Shown one piece after another: positions 46,858 through 60,700 of a DNA stretch of 64,000 nucleotides. Each line of letters opens with the position of its first letter. Within the stretch, counting starts at the first letter, position 1. The notes under the pieces are model-generated. The model saw only the letters and a list, made by a program, of their open reading frames with translations. It did not search any database and was not told the DNA's origin. The position numbers were made by a program, and so were the translations under genes. The stretch comes from Tubiluchus corallicola. Its lineage: Eukaryota > Animalia > Priapulida. Location: contig JAQGDQ010000195.1 of NCBI GenBank assembly GCA_030141605.1, positions 310,001-374,000 of the forward strand, in the 5' to 3' direction.

Positions 46858-47805
46858 AGTGCCGCTCAAGTGTGAAGTAGTTGAAAATTTCGTATCACCA
46901 GCTGCAACTGTATTGAAAACAGCTAAAACTCATATCAGTTTGTACAGTGTGATGTAAAGAAAAATTGAAAATGTCCTTCACGATTGTGGCAGAACAAGAA
47001 CCTAGTGACCATCAACAGCAATCTTCCTTGAGATGTTAATGCATTACGACATGAGAAATGACCAACAGCAGCAATTCTTTCAGCAGTCATCATCCATTCA
47101 CTAACTGAACTTGATGCTGCTTAACTCTCATAGTTACTCATCTATTTTTTTCAAGTAAATTACTAGCATCACTTTGGCGCCTCAGTAAACTTCAATGCCA
47201 CGTGTACATCATTTAGCGTCAACATTGCAAGCCATTCGTATCTGTATTTAAAGTTTAAAATGTTTTATATCATGTATAGCGCTTTATTATATGTAACACA
47301 CATTACTTTCAATGTTGTATACGAAACTGTGCTTGACGTGTATCATAATTATACAGACAATGATATTATTATCATTAACATAAAGGTAAATCATTATACA
47401 GGCACTCACAGCATTGTAACAATACTGTCAAAACTCAAAGTGTGAAAAAACATGTCTCCACCAAACACTTCAACTGCAGCCTGCGGTCATCTTCTGTGAG
47501 AGACTACACAAACGAAGAACCAGTTTTATAGGTAGAGCCTACAGTACAGAAATTCTCTAATTATGTATTAACAAGGAAGCCATATATGTAAAAGGGGCTG
47601 ATCTGTAGAGAGGGATACAGTAAAAGTATAGTTACGTGTTTGTGAACAAATTTAAGGGAATTGAACTACTTTGCACATTAAGAGAAAACTTGTTAAGGCT
47701 TGCTAGGTCTGATGATGCATTACATTTTGACTTCCTTGTAAATACATTAGTGAATTTCTGTACTGTAGGTTTTGCCTATGCAACCGGTTGTTTGTTTGTT
47801 CAACC

Positions 47806-48319
47806 CATGGGTTTCCCAACCAAGGCGTCGCGTGGGGTGGCGGGCTAGTCCAAAAACTATTATTAAAAAATACTCTTTTCATGAAAAAGTATGTAAGTAG
47901 GTCTTGTTTCCTCAGTCTCTCATTACATCATTTTGTTCTGGACAGTGAAACTGGGTTTTCCCACTCTAAATGCGGTATATCAGTGCTTGATTTTCCAGGA
48001 AAATGAAAATGCACGTTGTTCTGTACAATGTACACCATTCGAAAGTGCGTCGCTGTTTTTCATTTTACGTCGGATTTCCTTGGATATCTTATTGCATTGC
48101 ATTACTGGTAGCTGAGAAACAGGTGCAATCATCACATTAATGAATTAATGAAACAATCACTCATTGTACAAAAATTTGTTGAATAGTAAGTTAAAATTAA
48201 TAAATGCGAATGATAATGACGTTTAATAGTATAACATGTGATTATGTTCTTCGTGAGGTCGCGATATGATGCAGGGTTCTGGAAAGGGGTCACCGTCAAC
48301 AAAAGTTTGGGAACCGCTG
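47806..48319. mobile_element. hAT-Charlie-like MITE
   Basis: catgggtttcccaacc ... aaaagtttgggaaccgctg termini; weak 8-bp TSD gttcaacc/gtgtaact. Confidence 0.6.
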
Positions 48320-48645
48320 GTGTAACTCATCTTTGAAGAAGACTGCGGGGTTCTGGAAAGGGGTCACCGTCAACAAAAGTTTGGGAACCGCTGGTGTAAC
48401 TCATCTTTGAAGATGACTGCAGGGTTCTGGAAAGGGGTCACTGTCAACAAAAGTTTGGGAACCGCTGGTGTAACTCATCTTTGAAGATGACTGCGGGGTT
48501 CTGGAAAGGGATCACCGTCAACAAAAGTTTGGGAACCACTGGTGTAACTCCTCATTGAAGATGACTGCAGGGTTCTGGAAAGGGGTCACCGTCAACAAAA
48601 GTTTGGGAACCACTGGTGTAACTCATCATTGAAGATGACTGCAGG
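48271..48645. repeat. 74-bp tandem repeat, 5 copies, each containing the Charlie-type right TIR plus flank
   Basis: Unit starts at 48271, 48345, 48419, 48493, 48567. Confidence 0.95.
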
Positions 48646-48811
48646 CTGCAATTGAAACTTTTGGAAACATATTTTTTTAACATTTTATAGCTAAAAGTTT
48701 TAACAAAACTTGTTTTTTTTAGAAATCATTATTACTATAAGCATTAGTACTGACGATAGTGCAGTACATATCGTGAATAAGACAGGTGCGAAATGAGTAC
48801 ATGGGGCTAGT

Positions 48812-49677
48812 TGTGTGCACCTGTCTGTTCATGTGTCTGTGATATGAGAGAGGGAAGGTGCGTTCACCTGTCTGTTTCTGTGAGAGTGTAGGTGCGTGCA
48901 CCTGTCTGTTCATGTGTCTGTGATGTGTGAGAGGTGCGTGCACCTGTCTGTTCATGTGTCTGTGATGTGTGAGAGGTGTGTGCACCTGTCTGTTCATGTC
49001 TGTGATGTGTGAGAGGTGCATGCACCTGTCTATGTGTCTGTGATTTGTGAGAGGTATGTGCACCTGTCTGTGATGTTTGAGAGTGTAGGTGCATGCACCT
49101 GTCTGTTCATGTGCCTGTGATGAGTGAGAGAAGGTGCGTGCACCTGTCTGTTCATGTGTCTGTGATGTGAGAGTGTAGGTGCATGCACCTGTCTGTGATG
49201 TGTGAGAGGATATGCGCGTGCACCTGTCTGTTCGTGTCTGTCATGTGTGAGTGTAGGTGCATGCACCTGTCTGTTCATGTCTGTGCTGTGGGAGAGGCAA
49301 GGTGCATGCACCTGTCTGTGATATGTGAGAGGATATGCGCGTGCACCTGTCTGTTCGTGTCTGTCATGTGTGAGTGTAGGTGCATGCACCTGTCTGTTCA
49401 TGTCTGTGCTGTGGGAGAGGCAAGGTGCATGCACCTGTCTGTGATATGTGAGAGGGTTAGGTAGCATGTGCGAGTGTAGGTGTGTGCACCTGTCTGTTCA
49501 TGATGTCTGTGATGTGTGAGAGGTGCGTGCACCTGTCTGTTCATGTGTCTGTGCTGTGGGAGAGGAAAGGCGCATGCACCTGTCTGTGATCTGAGAGGGT
49601 TAGGCTGCATGCACCTGTCTGTTCATGCCTGTGATATGTGAAAGGGTGCACCTGTCTGTTCATATGTCTGTGATATG
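48812..49677. repeat. Degenerate minisatellite built on GTGCACCTGTCTGTTCATGTGTCTGTGATGTGTGAGAG
   Basis: Direct inspection; lies between the convergent 3' ends. Confidence 0.93.
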
Positions 49678-50127
49678 CTACGAATGTCCAACAATAATAA
49701 TAACAATAATGATGTGCAACGAATGAACCTGTTCAAAATTTTTATTTCGACATGACCTATTTATAAATTACAACATCACCGACACTTGTACTGAAATGTT
49801 GTCAACTTTACAACGAGAAGCCAATTTATCAGAATAATAAAGTACACAGTGTGATAACTGCTGGAAATTTGAGAATCGAATGAGTAATTATAATATTCGT
49901 TCATGATTCGTTTAACATGAAATTTACATGATTGAAAGGAAACAGATCTCTATGCATCATTTTTACATTTGTAATTACAGAAATATCTTGGCAAGTTCCA
50001 TTAAGACCAATAGGTAGCGGGAAAAAGCTCAACGAAAGTCAACATTTCAAATTGACACCTTAACGCACTTGTGACAAAATAACATAAACAACATCTCAGT
50101 AGTTTAAAAACAGACTGTTCGTTCAGT

Positions 50128-50208
50128 TTAATCGGACTCCTCACCAGATGGCTCTGCACCAGATGATGCTGCTGGCGAGCTAGCAGCTGCCTCTTCATCA
50201 TCAGATTT
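50128..50208 (-). CDS. SSRP1: SSRP1 terminal coding exon ([26 protein letters not shown])
   Basis: ttttttag acceptor; TAA stop; resembles the Ser/acidic C-terminus of animal SSRP1. Confidence 0.85.
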   Translation of the reverse strand, partial: KSDDEEAAASSPAASSGAEPSGEESD

Positions 50209-53200
50209 CTAAAAAACGAATGACTTTATTTAGGAGATAGACCAGGTATAGGCATTTTGTACAGAAGATGCTACATTTGGAATAAACACTCATGATAAGA
50301 AATACACAATGTTTCTTCTGACTGATTAAGACACTTAATATCCATTTTATATAGATGTGTTACACAAATGTCAGTGCAAGTCCTGCAGATACTTAAGCAG
50401 TAAGTACCGTATTTTCCCGTGTATAAGAGACCCTTGTGTATAAGAGACCCCTTCAATTTTTAGGCAAAAATTCTGGAAAAAAGTTTTTTCAGACGGACAT
50501 TTTTAGAGGGTAGAGTACAACTTTTTTCAACTCAGTGCGGTACTGAAAACAAAATAAAACCAGTTAATGTGTTGTAGAAAAAGAGTACTGGTATATATTA
50601 AAGTGCGTACCTGCAAACCTGTAACAGGAAAAGAGAAAACGAGGAGATAATGCCTGTGTCACGATGCTTGTATTGCTTACAACCGCTTCATAGTCGAACG
50701 CGACACGCAAAACAGTTGTAGAGCACTTATTTCTTTAAAATCATTAGTGTCACAATTTATGCATCTTATTGAAAAGACTTACTCCCATGTATAAGAGACC
50801 CCCTATTTTTAAAGTGAAAATTCTGAGCAAAAAAGGGTCTCTTATACACGGGAAAATACGGTAAGAAACTGCTTAAAATGTAGAAACAAGCCAATTAACT
50901 AAATTGAATTTTGAAATTGCGTTTATTAATTATTATAAAAAATAAAGCAATGACAGCTAGTAGGGGTGTTGCAAGGCTGTTATGTACACTGTTATAATGC
51001 CAGCCAAGATAAAGTACAATGATTTGTTTCTGAAAAACAGCCATAACATTGTAAAAACAAGAACTTCTGAATAGAAAAACAATTATGATGTTTAAATTAA
51101 GATTTAGGTTTCATAGCAAGTTACTGTATGAAAGTGAATGTTGAGGTTTTGAGTAAGGAACATCCATTTTAAGAATACAAGAGTTGTGTAACTAAGCTTC
51201 AGTACTGAACTGATGTAAATTTAACGTCTGTAAAACCTGCTTGACTCCAGGTCAAGTTATAAGCACCAGCTATTTATAGTCTTAATTATGAAGTAATGTG
51301 GCGTTGGGACCGGGCGTGGGTCATCTGGCTGCATATTTCTCTTATCAGGAAGCAGCAGTATTTGACAAGATTTGCTGCTCCATGTTACGTAAAAGGTTTG
51401 CAAGGTACCACCACAGAACTACACCTGCACTGTTAATGCAGCAAAAATATACCATATATAACACAGTTTATTGGTGTAGGTATAATAATAGTAATAATAG
51501 TGTAGGTATGACTTATTAAAATTAACTAGGAAACAAAATAGAGGTTACACAGCAGAATGGCTTTCATATTTAATGAAAGTTGTCTTACCGCCAACCCCGC
51601 TGTAGCGCCATATTTAGTAATGATGTCCCAGACCTGGCGTTATAATGAAATCTGACTGTGGTATTGAATAGCATGAACTGGGGAGTACTGTAATTTCTTA
51701 GTACCTACCGACAAGCCACACTAAAGTGCTGGACTAAAGTTTAGGCTTGAAACTGCATTTTTTACATGTGTAAACCAGAATCTGCATTGCTTACACGTGT
51801 AAACCAGAATCTGCCCAAATTTCCTTGCCCCAAGATAAAAAAACAGGAAAATTCTCATCAACCAGGTTACAACAAACAAACAAACCTTTGCCTGTGTTTT
51901 AGGTTTCAATGGCTTATCGTCCTCGTCCGTCTCACTGGAGGAACTAGAGCTGGAAGAGATGTACTCTTTGCTCTTGTAGACGCCCTCTTTTGTGGGTGTC
52001 TTTACCGGACTACTCTTCGGCTTTTTCGGCTTCCTAAGCAGAATGACATTTTGCAAGTGGTAAAACATTACTGAATTGCAGATAATTATATGTAAGCTTG
52101 CATAGCAAAATTAGTCCATAAGTCAACTAAGCTTTTCTAATTATTCACACATCCTGAATCTCCATTTCATGAGGATCATTTTGATACCAAGTTCATCACT
52201 CTATGTTATTTCTAAGCTGAGATAATCCACGTTGAAGTTGAAGTGCAGGTTGCACACTGAAAAACATAATCTTGAGAAAATCGCTGTTAAAGTCAGCCAT
52301 TGTTTTTTGTTGCGTCTCTACCGTAGAAATGTTGGGTGCTACGGACTTTGTAAGAGCACATTGAAGTTATGTCTAAATCCAGTAGATAGCTCTTCCTGAC
52401 GAAAAAACTCTAAGCAAAATGGTTGCTTCCACCAGCTACAATCGGAGGTTGAAATTACAAGTTTTTTGCAATCGCAGTACTAATTTCAAACTAGAAAAGT
52501 GGGTACAGGTTTCAGAAATTAAATTTTTAGTATTTTTTAAACATTTTCTTGATAATTTAATGTTAGAATATAAAAGTCGAATATATTTAGTGTTTGTTTT
52601 TATAAAAAACAAAAAATTGACATTTGACCAGATTTGTGGTACATTCTACTTTGAAACATAATAACATAGTTTTAACTATGCCGACGTATGGATGGTTTTG
52701 GTTTGCAAGCACTTATAAAGAATTTGTGATTGTGTGATTCAGTGGCTCGTAGCTAAAATTAGTGGGGGTGCTGCAAAATTAAAAATTTTTAGCCATTTTT
52801 AAATAATGTGTAAAACGAAACAAACTTATGTAATTTGATTGTAATTTTAAACAAACAAACTAATTTATACAAAAGCCTATAAACTCCTAAACAAAAAATA
52901 TCGTTTTCTTACGAATAGCTTAAATTGTCGCTGTTCAAGAATATGCCGATACACGGCTTTTAAACACGTGACAACTGACAACACATGCTGCATTGAGCGA
53001 CAGTACTCTTTCAACTTAAAGTACAGCGTCTTATCTCAGACATTTACGCATGACCGCATGCGCACAGCAACCAAACACCAAGCAAACAGTACTTCCCTCA
53101 CGGGTTGCGGTTCCGCACAAGTATAAAGAAAGAACTAAAGAAAAAAGGCTTATTATATTGAATATTATCAATAATAATGAGTGAAAACAGGGGGTGCTGC

Positions 53201-56200
53201 AGTACCACAGTACCTATACAAGAGTCGTCACTTTATGATTGCTTTATCAATGGCAGATAAGTTATAACCGATAGACTTTAGATATGTTAATAGACAGTAA
53301 GCTATAAAATCACGCGACATCAACAGTGGCAAAAAACATCAATTAATATACTAGCTGTCTTATTGCACGTTCACACTTGTGAGTTTTCTCAATAAGGTTA
53401 ACTCGCCACACAACTTGCAAGTGTGTTCAGACTACAGAGTAAAACTTGTTGTGAGTTACTCTCTGACAGTAAATGCGAGCTGACACTCGCTTCTCTATTC
53501 ACAGCAAAAAGTGTTGAGAGTAACTCGCCAAGGCATTCACACTAGACAGTAACTAACAGGAAATCCACTCGCATCAACTGTCGAAGAGTTTGCAAAAACT
53601 CACTAAGTAACTCACAAGTGGGTTCAGACTAGATAGCATATTTGCTGCGAGTTACTCTCTGACAGTAAGCGCGATGTGACACTTCCTTCTCTATTCACTG
53701 CACAGAAGTGTCGAGAGTAACTTGTCGAGGTGTTCACACTGGACAGTAACTCAGTTCACAGAGTCTGCAATAACTTGTCAACAGTAACTCCCAAAACAGT
53801 TCACACTTGTGAGTCACATGTCAGAGAGAAAACTCGCGACAGAAATCTTCCTAGTATGAATGCACCATTAGCAATTTCTAGCAAAACGAGGCAATGAATT
53901 CTAACACCAAAAAGTTACAATAACTTGCATAGAAAATCTACAGTGATGTAAATACGTTTAAAGTAATCAACTGCTTTGCCATTGTCACAGTTCTAAAATT
54001 GTATATACTCTACAATTCTATATATAAATTGTATATAAAATTGTATATCACTCATACTTCGGTTTGGCCTCCGGTGTCGGCGGAGGTCCTTCTTCTTTCA
54101 GTTTCTGTTTATAAGCGGCCATCTTCTCTTCGTATTCCTTTTTGGCTTCTTTAGACTTCTCTTCCCACTCCTAGAAAACCACGTAAGTAACAGTGAAAGT
54201 ATCAGTACAATTATTGTGCGCCCTCCCTCCACAACGCAAGAGCTAAGACCACGGAGATCTGGAATCATATCATTTTAGGGTGTTAGGGCGTATAGAGCAC
54301 TTAAAGAAAAAGATCAAGTCTTCTCGGAACTCACGTTTATTTCAATTTTCGCAAAAAATGCTAGAACGATTTAGTAAAAAAACTGTGATAATCGCGCCGT
54401 GCAATTAGTAAAATCACTTTAATGTTGAAATCATTTCATGCTTGGGCACTCGTATTTTGAATGCTCATTTTTTCACCAATGATGTCATTTTAAACCCCAT
54501 TTTTCCACCAATGATGTCACTTTTAAACCCCATTTTTCCACCAATGATGTCATTTTAAGCCCCATTTTCCACCAATGATGTCATTTTAGTCCCAATTTTT
54601 CCACCAATGACGTCATTTTAAACCCCATTTTTCCACCAATGATGGCGCTCATCGGCTGAAGAAAAGCAGCAACTGTCAATTTCTGTCAAAAGTATAAAGA
54701 GTTTCTACGACTCTTGGAAGGGCATAGATGGCTCTTTAGAAAGAGCAAGAACAGGGCTACGCGATGATGTGGGCTATATTTAAGAACAGGTCCGCCAAGA
54801 GGAGTGACGATGAGTTAATTAGATGTTCTATTTTTGGCAATTTTTGCTTGCAAAACTGCTGATGCAAAGCCATTGTTCTGACGTCATCCATTATATTCTG
54901 CTTATAACTTCAATTCAGTAAAAGCTGCTGCTACTGGCTTTGGATTATAAATGAGGACTGTGTAAGATGTTCGTGTATTATTGATTATAAGTGTATTTAT
55001 AAGCAAATTGTTTTGCGGGGCCTTTGCTAGTATTATATTATATATTCATAGCTGCCATTTATTGATTTTTTTCATGAAACCACCTAGTTTGATAATCTTT
55101 TACAATGTTAACTAGTAATAATCGCATAGCAAATCATTGTGACTCACAGTTTTATCTTCTACGGATTTCCACATCTCTCCCGCTTTCTTGGAGATCTCGG
55201 TGATAGAGATTCCGGGATTTTCCTCCTTGATTTGCTCTCTGTGTTCGTTCAACCACAGGAAATACGCCGACTGCGGTCGCTTCGGCGCGTTGGGATCCTT
55301 ATTCCTCTTCTTCTTATGTTTTCTATGTCCGCCCTCCTTCTACAAAAAACACGTATATCAAAAACCTGAGCTGATGACGGAAATATGAGTTCTATGTATT
55401 CAGTACAATTTCTGGTTTTTCACTGCAGCGTCTAATGTATATGAAATTGTTAGATGAATTGGTCTAAGAATCTTTTGCTTGCTTGCATAGCAAAATCGTC
55501 TATAAGTCGGCAATTAAGTTTTTCTCATTATTCACACATCCTGAATCTCCATTTCATGAGGATCATTTTAGTACCAAGTTCATTGAAGTTGAGGTGCAGG
55601 CTGCACACTGAAAAACATAACCTTGAGAAAATCAATGTTAAATTCAGCCATTGTTTTTTGTCGCGTTTCTACAAAACACTTAGGAACCGTACAAACGTTG
55701 GTTGCTACGGACTTTGCAAGAACACATTGAAGTTATGTTTAAATCAAGTAGATGGCTCTTCCTGATGAAGATCTGAGTTTGGAAAGAGAAAAAACTCGAA
55801 GCAAAATGACTGCTTCCAGGACCTATTATTGGCATTTGAAAGTTTTTTACAATTGCAGTACTAGTTTCTAGCCAGAAAAGTGGGTATGGGGTTATAAAAT
55901 TAATTTTTTAATGTTTTTTTAAACATTTTCTTTGAACCACCAATAACCAATTTTGGTGCGTTCTACTGTTGAAGCATCATAACTGTACAACATTTAAACT
56001 CCAGAACATCAAATGTTTAACATGCAGCAATTGTCGTTTTATCTGTAATAATAAATTACAGCAATAAGTTTTCAATGAAAAACATAAGTTTGATAAAGGT
56101 ACATTACTAAATTAGCTAACGTGATTATCGTCTATAATTGTACAAAACAAATGACAGCGAGATTGTTCTAATAGCATGAAGCAGTTCAATAAACATAATT

Positions 56201-57693
56201 AGACACTTACATGTGGTCTCCCACTTATAACTTGCAAGAAAAAACAATAAGAGAAATCAACTACAACATTCAAATCGTATCAATTGAATTGCATGTCAGG
56301 TAATGTCTACCTGGCCAACTACCTGGTCACATGACTGATGACAGTTAAAGGGGCAAGACCAAATTTAACAGGCAAGACCAAATTTTAACGTAGTTTTAAC
56401 TATGCCAACTTACAGACAGTTTTGGTTTACAAGCACGCTTTTGTTAATTGCACCGTTTGTTATAGTTTTCTTTACTACATTTTCACTTTACTGCAGAAAG
56501 GTGGGGCAAAACTAGAAACAACTAATAGGAAACTCCGTTATACAACGTTTTGTACTTTCAAATAGTAAAAACGGCTTTAAAATTAATGACGGCGTCTACT
56601 GTGAGCAGTTCTAAACAGAGTTCACTGTTTTTTTCATTCTTTGCCAATTTTTTACAGACCAAAATGGAAAAATTCTACCATCTTTCAAAACATATTGAGT
56701 AATACATAGTGAACCTTCAAAAATTCTATATATGTATACAATTATTATAGGCTATTATCTATATATTAATTTCGGAGCGGTGGGTGTAGTTGGCGTATTT
56801 AGAATTCGCGAGAGGGCCACGGCATCCTGTAACGGGCGTTTTCCCGGACCCAACTCGCGATTATTTTCGAAATTTTGACCAAACAGCTTGTTGAAAAAAC
56901 ATTATAGTGGTGCCTGGCGGGACTCTGGAAAAGACATATATAGCTCTTTCGAAAGAGGAAGAACAGGACTACATGATGATGTGAGCTATATTTTAGGACA
57001 CATCCACCAAGAGAGTGACGGCGAGTTAATTAGATGTTCTATTTTTGGCAATTTCCGCTTGGAAAACTGCTGACGCAAAGCCATTGTTCTGACATCATCC
57101 ATTATACTCTGCCTATAACGTTAATTCAGTAAAAGCTGCTATTGGCTTTGCGTTAGGAAAATAAACAAACACTAGGTACGATGTTTGCGTATTTTTTGTT
57201 ATGAGTGTATTTATAAGCATTTTTGCGGGGCCTTTGCTAGTTATTATTGTAATTTTTTTACTTTTAACTCGCACTAGTATAAGTATAAGAATGATAGAGA
57301 CCAGGATAATTAAGTACAAGCAACCTACCACTGTTTTAGCCTTTTTAGGCTTGCTATGTTCCTCTTTATGCTTTCTCTTTTTCTTGGAAGCGCTCGCATC
57401 AGAGCCAGACCCACTTTCATACTCTCCTTCGTCGGAGGAAGTCGTTGGAGGATTGGAGTCGTACTCCTCTGCGACTGATCCGCCGCTTGCCTTATCCGGA
57501 TCAAAATCTTCATCTGTACAAAAAAACTATGGCAGAAATGAAACCAAACACTTAGAATTTTTTTGGATCCGGCATAAAATGTAGGATCACTAAAGATTGG
57601 TTACACCATTGTTGTTGTTGTTGTCGTTGACCACAGTGATGTTGTTGTTGCTGCTGTTGTTGTTGTTGTTGTTGTTGCTGTTACTGTTGTTGC

Positions 57694-57733
<40 letters not shown>

Positions 57734-60700
57734 GCTGCTGCTGTTGTTGCTGTTGTCATTGTCATTGTTGCTGCTGCTGTTGCTGTTGTTGTTGTTGTTG
57801 CTGTTGTTGTTGTTGTTGTTGTTGTTGTTACATTTATTTTTGAAAGCTATCATAGGTTACAGTTTCTTTGAAGTAAGCTAAAATTTTGCCAGAAGATACC
57901 ATGGATTCCTAACACAACCTTCAACTATATACATTAAATGAATCAAGTCTGTTACGTTGATCTGCTCTATATAACGCTACTTCTTAGGGTTTCTTACATT
58001 CTAAAATATGAATGGATCTACCTCATGATTACCCCATGACGCGTATTCTAAATTTTCATGAAAACCGGATTTACGACAATGGTAAACACCTCCAGAGATT
58101 TTCTTGTTGACATGTTTAACTTTGTGAGAAATGAGCAAAAAGTACAAACTCGATGCAAGCGCATTAGAGCTTCAATTCTAGTTTATTGTAACGGTGTGTA
58201 GAAAGCTATGCAGTCTTCTAGCTAGAGATGAGTGAACAGCATGTAGAATTCGGATTAAAACGTTATGCAAAGGTTTTCTGAACTAAAGTTGTTAATAATT
58301 TTGTTTGCATTCTAGGGTATTTTTGAGCAAAATTTGGCAATCCGGATTCTTAACTATTACCGATTCAATAAAAAAACTGGATATATTTTGTTTCAAGTGA
58401 ATTTCTGATTTGACGTGAAATGAGGCTAATTCAAATTATCCTATTAGTTTAAATAGATGTAACTGGTTCCTCAACTAGAATGCCAGATGGCCTATTTGGA
58501 GCAAACAATGAAAAAACATATATTCACAATACACAAGCACAAAACACGCTCACACCATATACTAAAAATATGTTTGTTTTTATGTCAGGGACAAATAAAA
58601 TTGATTTGATTCGACTTACCAGATGATGAATTACTAGACAGATCACTGCCTCCTTCTTCCAGTCTTCTCTTCCCTTCGGCTTTCACCGACTCGAGGTAAG
58701 CGTCGTGTTCTTCACCTTCATCAGAATCAATCATATCATCTAGCACGTCAACGTTCTTTGTGTCCTGAAACGTGACATTGTGATGTTAAACGATACAAAT
58801 TTGGCGATACGATAATGATACGATACGATACGATAATGATATGATATGATATGATACAATACGATACGATAACGATAACGATAATTCACTTTTTAGACGA
58901 TACAATGCAATATGATACGATAAATTATTTCGAGCGACAAAAACGATACTGAGGTTAGAAAATTTATGCAACAACAGAAAAAGCATCTCTAATAATTAAA
59001 CCATTTATGTAACCATTACGTGACTACGATGACATTTTCTGCTTCGTTGTTATAATGATTCATAAATAAGTAAGCTACGATAGATACATAGACTACTATG
59101 ATATAAAGATTTATCTATGCGAGCTGCACAATTACACATGTCCGAGACGATGACACCAAAAATACAGTACGTTGTATACGGCATTGGCCAGTCTGTATGA
59201 TTCAGAATCAAAATAAAGATAGCCGCTATTGCTAAGCGAAAGAGCAACTGCATGTGTCTGACAAGCTTATAAATTTAAATAAGTCTTTTTATCCGCTGTT
59301 TTCCTTAATTCCTGCAATTAAATTGAAAAGCAAAGTGAAGAGATTTTATACAGGTAAGCAATTAGCAACTGAGAGCAATATTGATACGATAATGATAAAA
59401 GCAAATTCTTCGTATCGATACGATATTCGATAATTATCAATACAAAGCTTCCAATATTTAATTTTAAGACAATGTACTCCGATTAAACTATTGCTGTCAT
59501 TTATTTAACAAGCCAGCATGTAAAATCCACAAGAAAATGGCAGTAACCTTTAAGTGTCATTTAGGACTATTAATATGATAGTTTATTCAATAAAAATTGC
59601 AGCAAAAGCTGGATTTATACATGACTCTTAGGTTACAGTGTGGAGTGGATCTCGGGTTGCAGTGTGGAGTGGATCTCAGGTTGCAGTGTGGAGTGCATCT
59701 CGGCTTGCAGTGTGGAGTGGATCTCAGGTTGTAGGGAGTGGATCTGAGGTTGCAGTGTGGAGTGGATCTCGGCTTGCAGTGTGGAGTGGATCTCAGGTTG
59801 CAGTGTGTAGTGGATCTCGACTTGCAGTGTGGAGTGGATCTCAGGTTGCAGTGTGTAGTGGATCTCGACTTGCTGTGTGGGGTGGATCTCGGCTTGCAGT
59901 GTGGAGTGGATCTCAGGATGCAGTGTGGAGTGGATCTCGAGTGGATCTCGGCTTGCAGTATAGAGTGGATCTCGGCTTGCAGTGTGGAGTGGATCTCAGG
60001 TTGCAGCGTGGAGTGGATCTCGGCTTGCAGTGTGGAGTGGATCACAGCTTGCAGTGTGGAGTGGATCTTGGCGTGCTGTGTAGAGTGGATCTCGGCTTGC
60101 AGTGTGGAGTGGATCTCGGCTTGCAGTGTGGAGTGGATCTTGGTGTGCTGTGTAGAGTGGATCTCGGCTTGCAGTGTGGAGTGGATCTCGGCTTGCAGTG
60201 TGGAGTGGATCTCAAGTTGCGGCGTGGAGTTGTATAAAAGAAGTTACATCACGAATGTTGTCAGATAAAATGACTTAATCAAACACACATTAACAATAAC
60301 ACTATTTAAACTACTTAAATACAAGTTAAATGAAAAAGTGAAAGAAATATTACATACGAGTTTATCTCCGCGGTTTTTGATACGAAGCTTCTTGTTCTTC
60401 ACAAAATCAAAGAACTTCGTGTATTCTTCCCTGAAAGAAAAGCAAGTGGACAAACGTGTCTTATAAAAATCTACATGAAAAACAAGAACTAGAACAACAG
60501 ATGAAAGCTGTGCATGCAAAGTTGCAGAACACAAATTTTGTAATAGAAAATGACATTTTTTCTAACAGATCTCTCGGGGGACAGCAGTTTCTTTCTATGT
60601 GCATAGAAAGTTTGTACAAAAAAGCCTACTTGGAGAGGAAGAAAGGGAGTTTTTAAGGTATGTTTCAAAAAATTTCCATAGAAAGTTATATTACCTAGAA

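Noticed and set aside
51290-51720. GC-richer hairpin segments in the last SSRP1 intron as H/ACA or C/D snoRNAs
   Set aside because: One strong stem (GGAGCAGCA/TGCTGCTTCC, minus) and ACA trinucleotides are present, but hairpin sizes and box spacing do not fit, and the C/D-like boxes are on the non-host strand. An Rfam/snoReport scan would be needed.
55755-55805. CTGATGA...GAA hammerhead-like string
   Set aside because: No GAAA core or stem III, and the sister copy at ~52395 lacks the arrangement.
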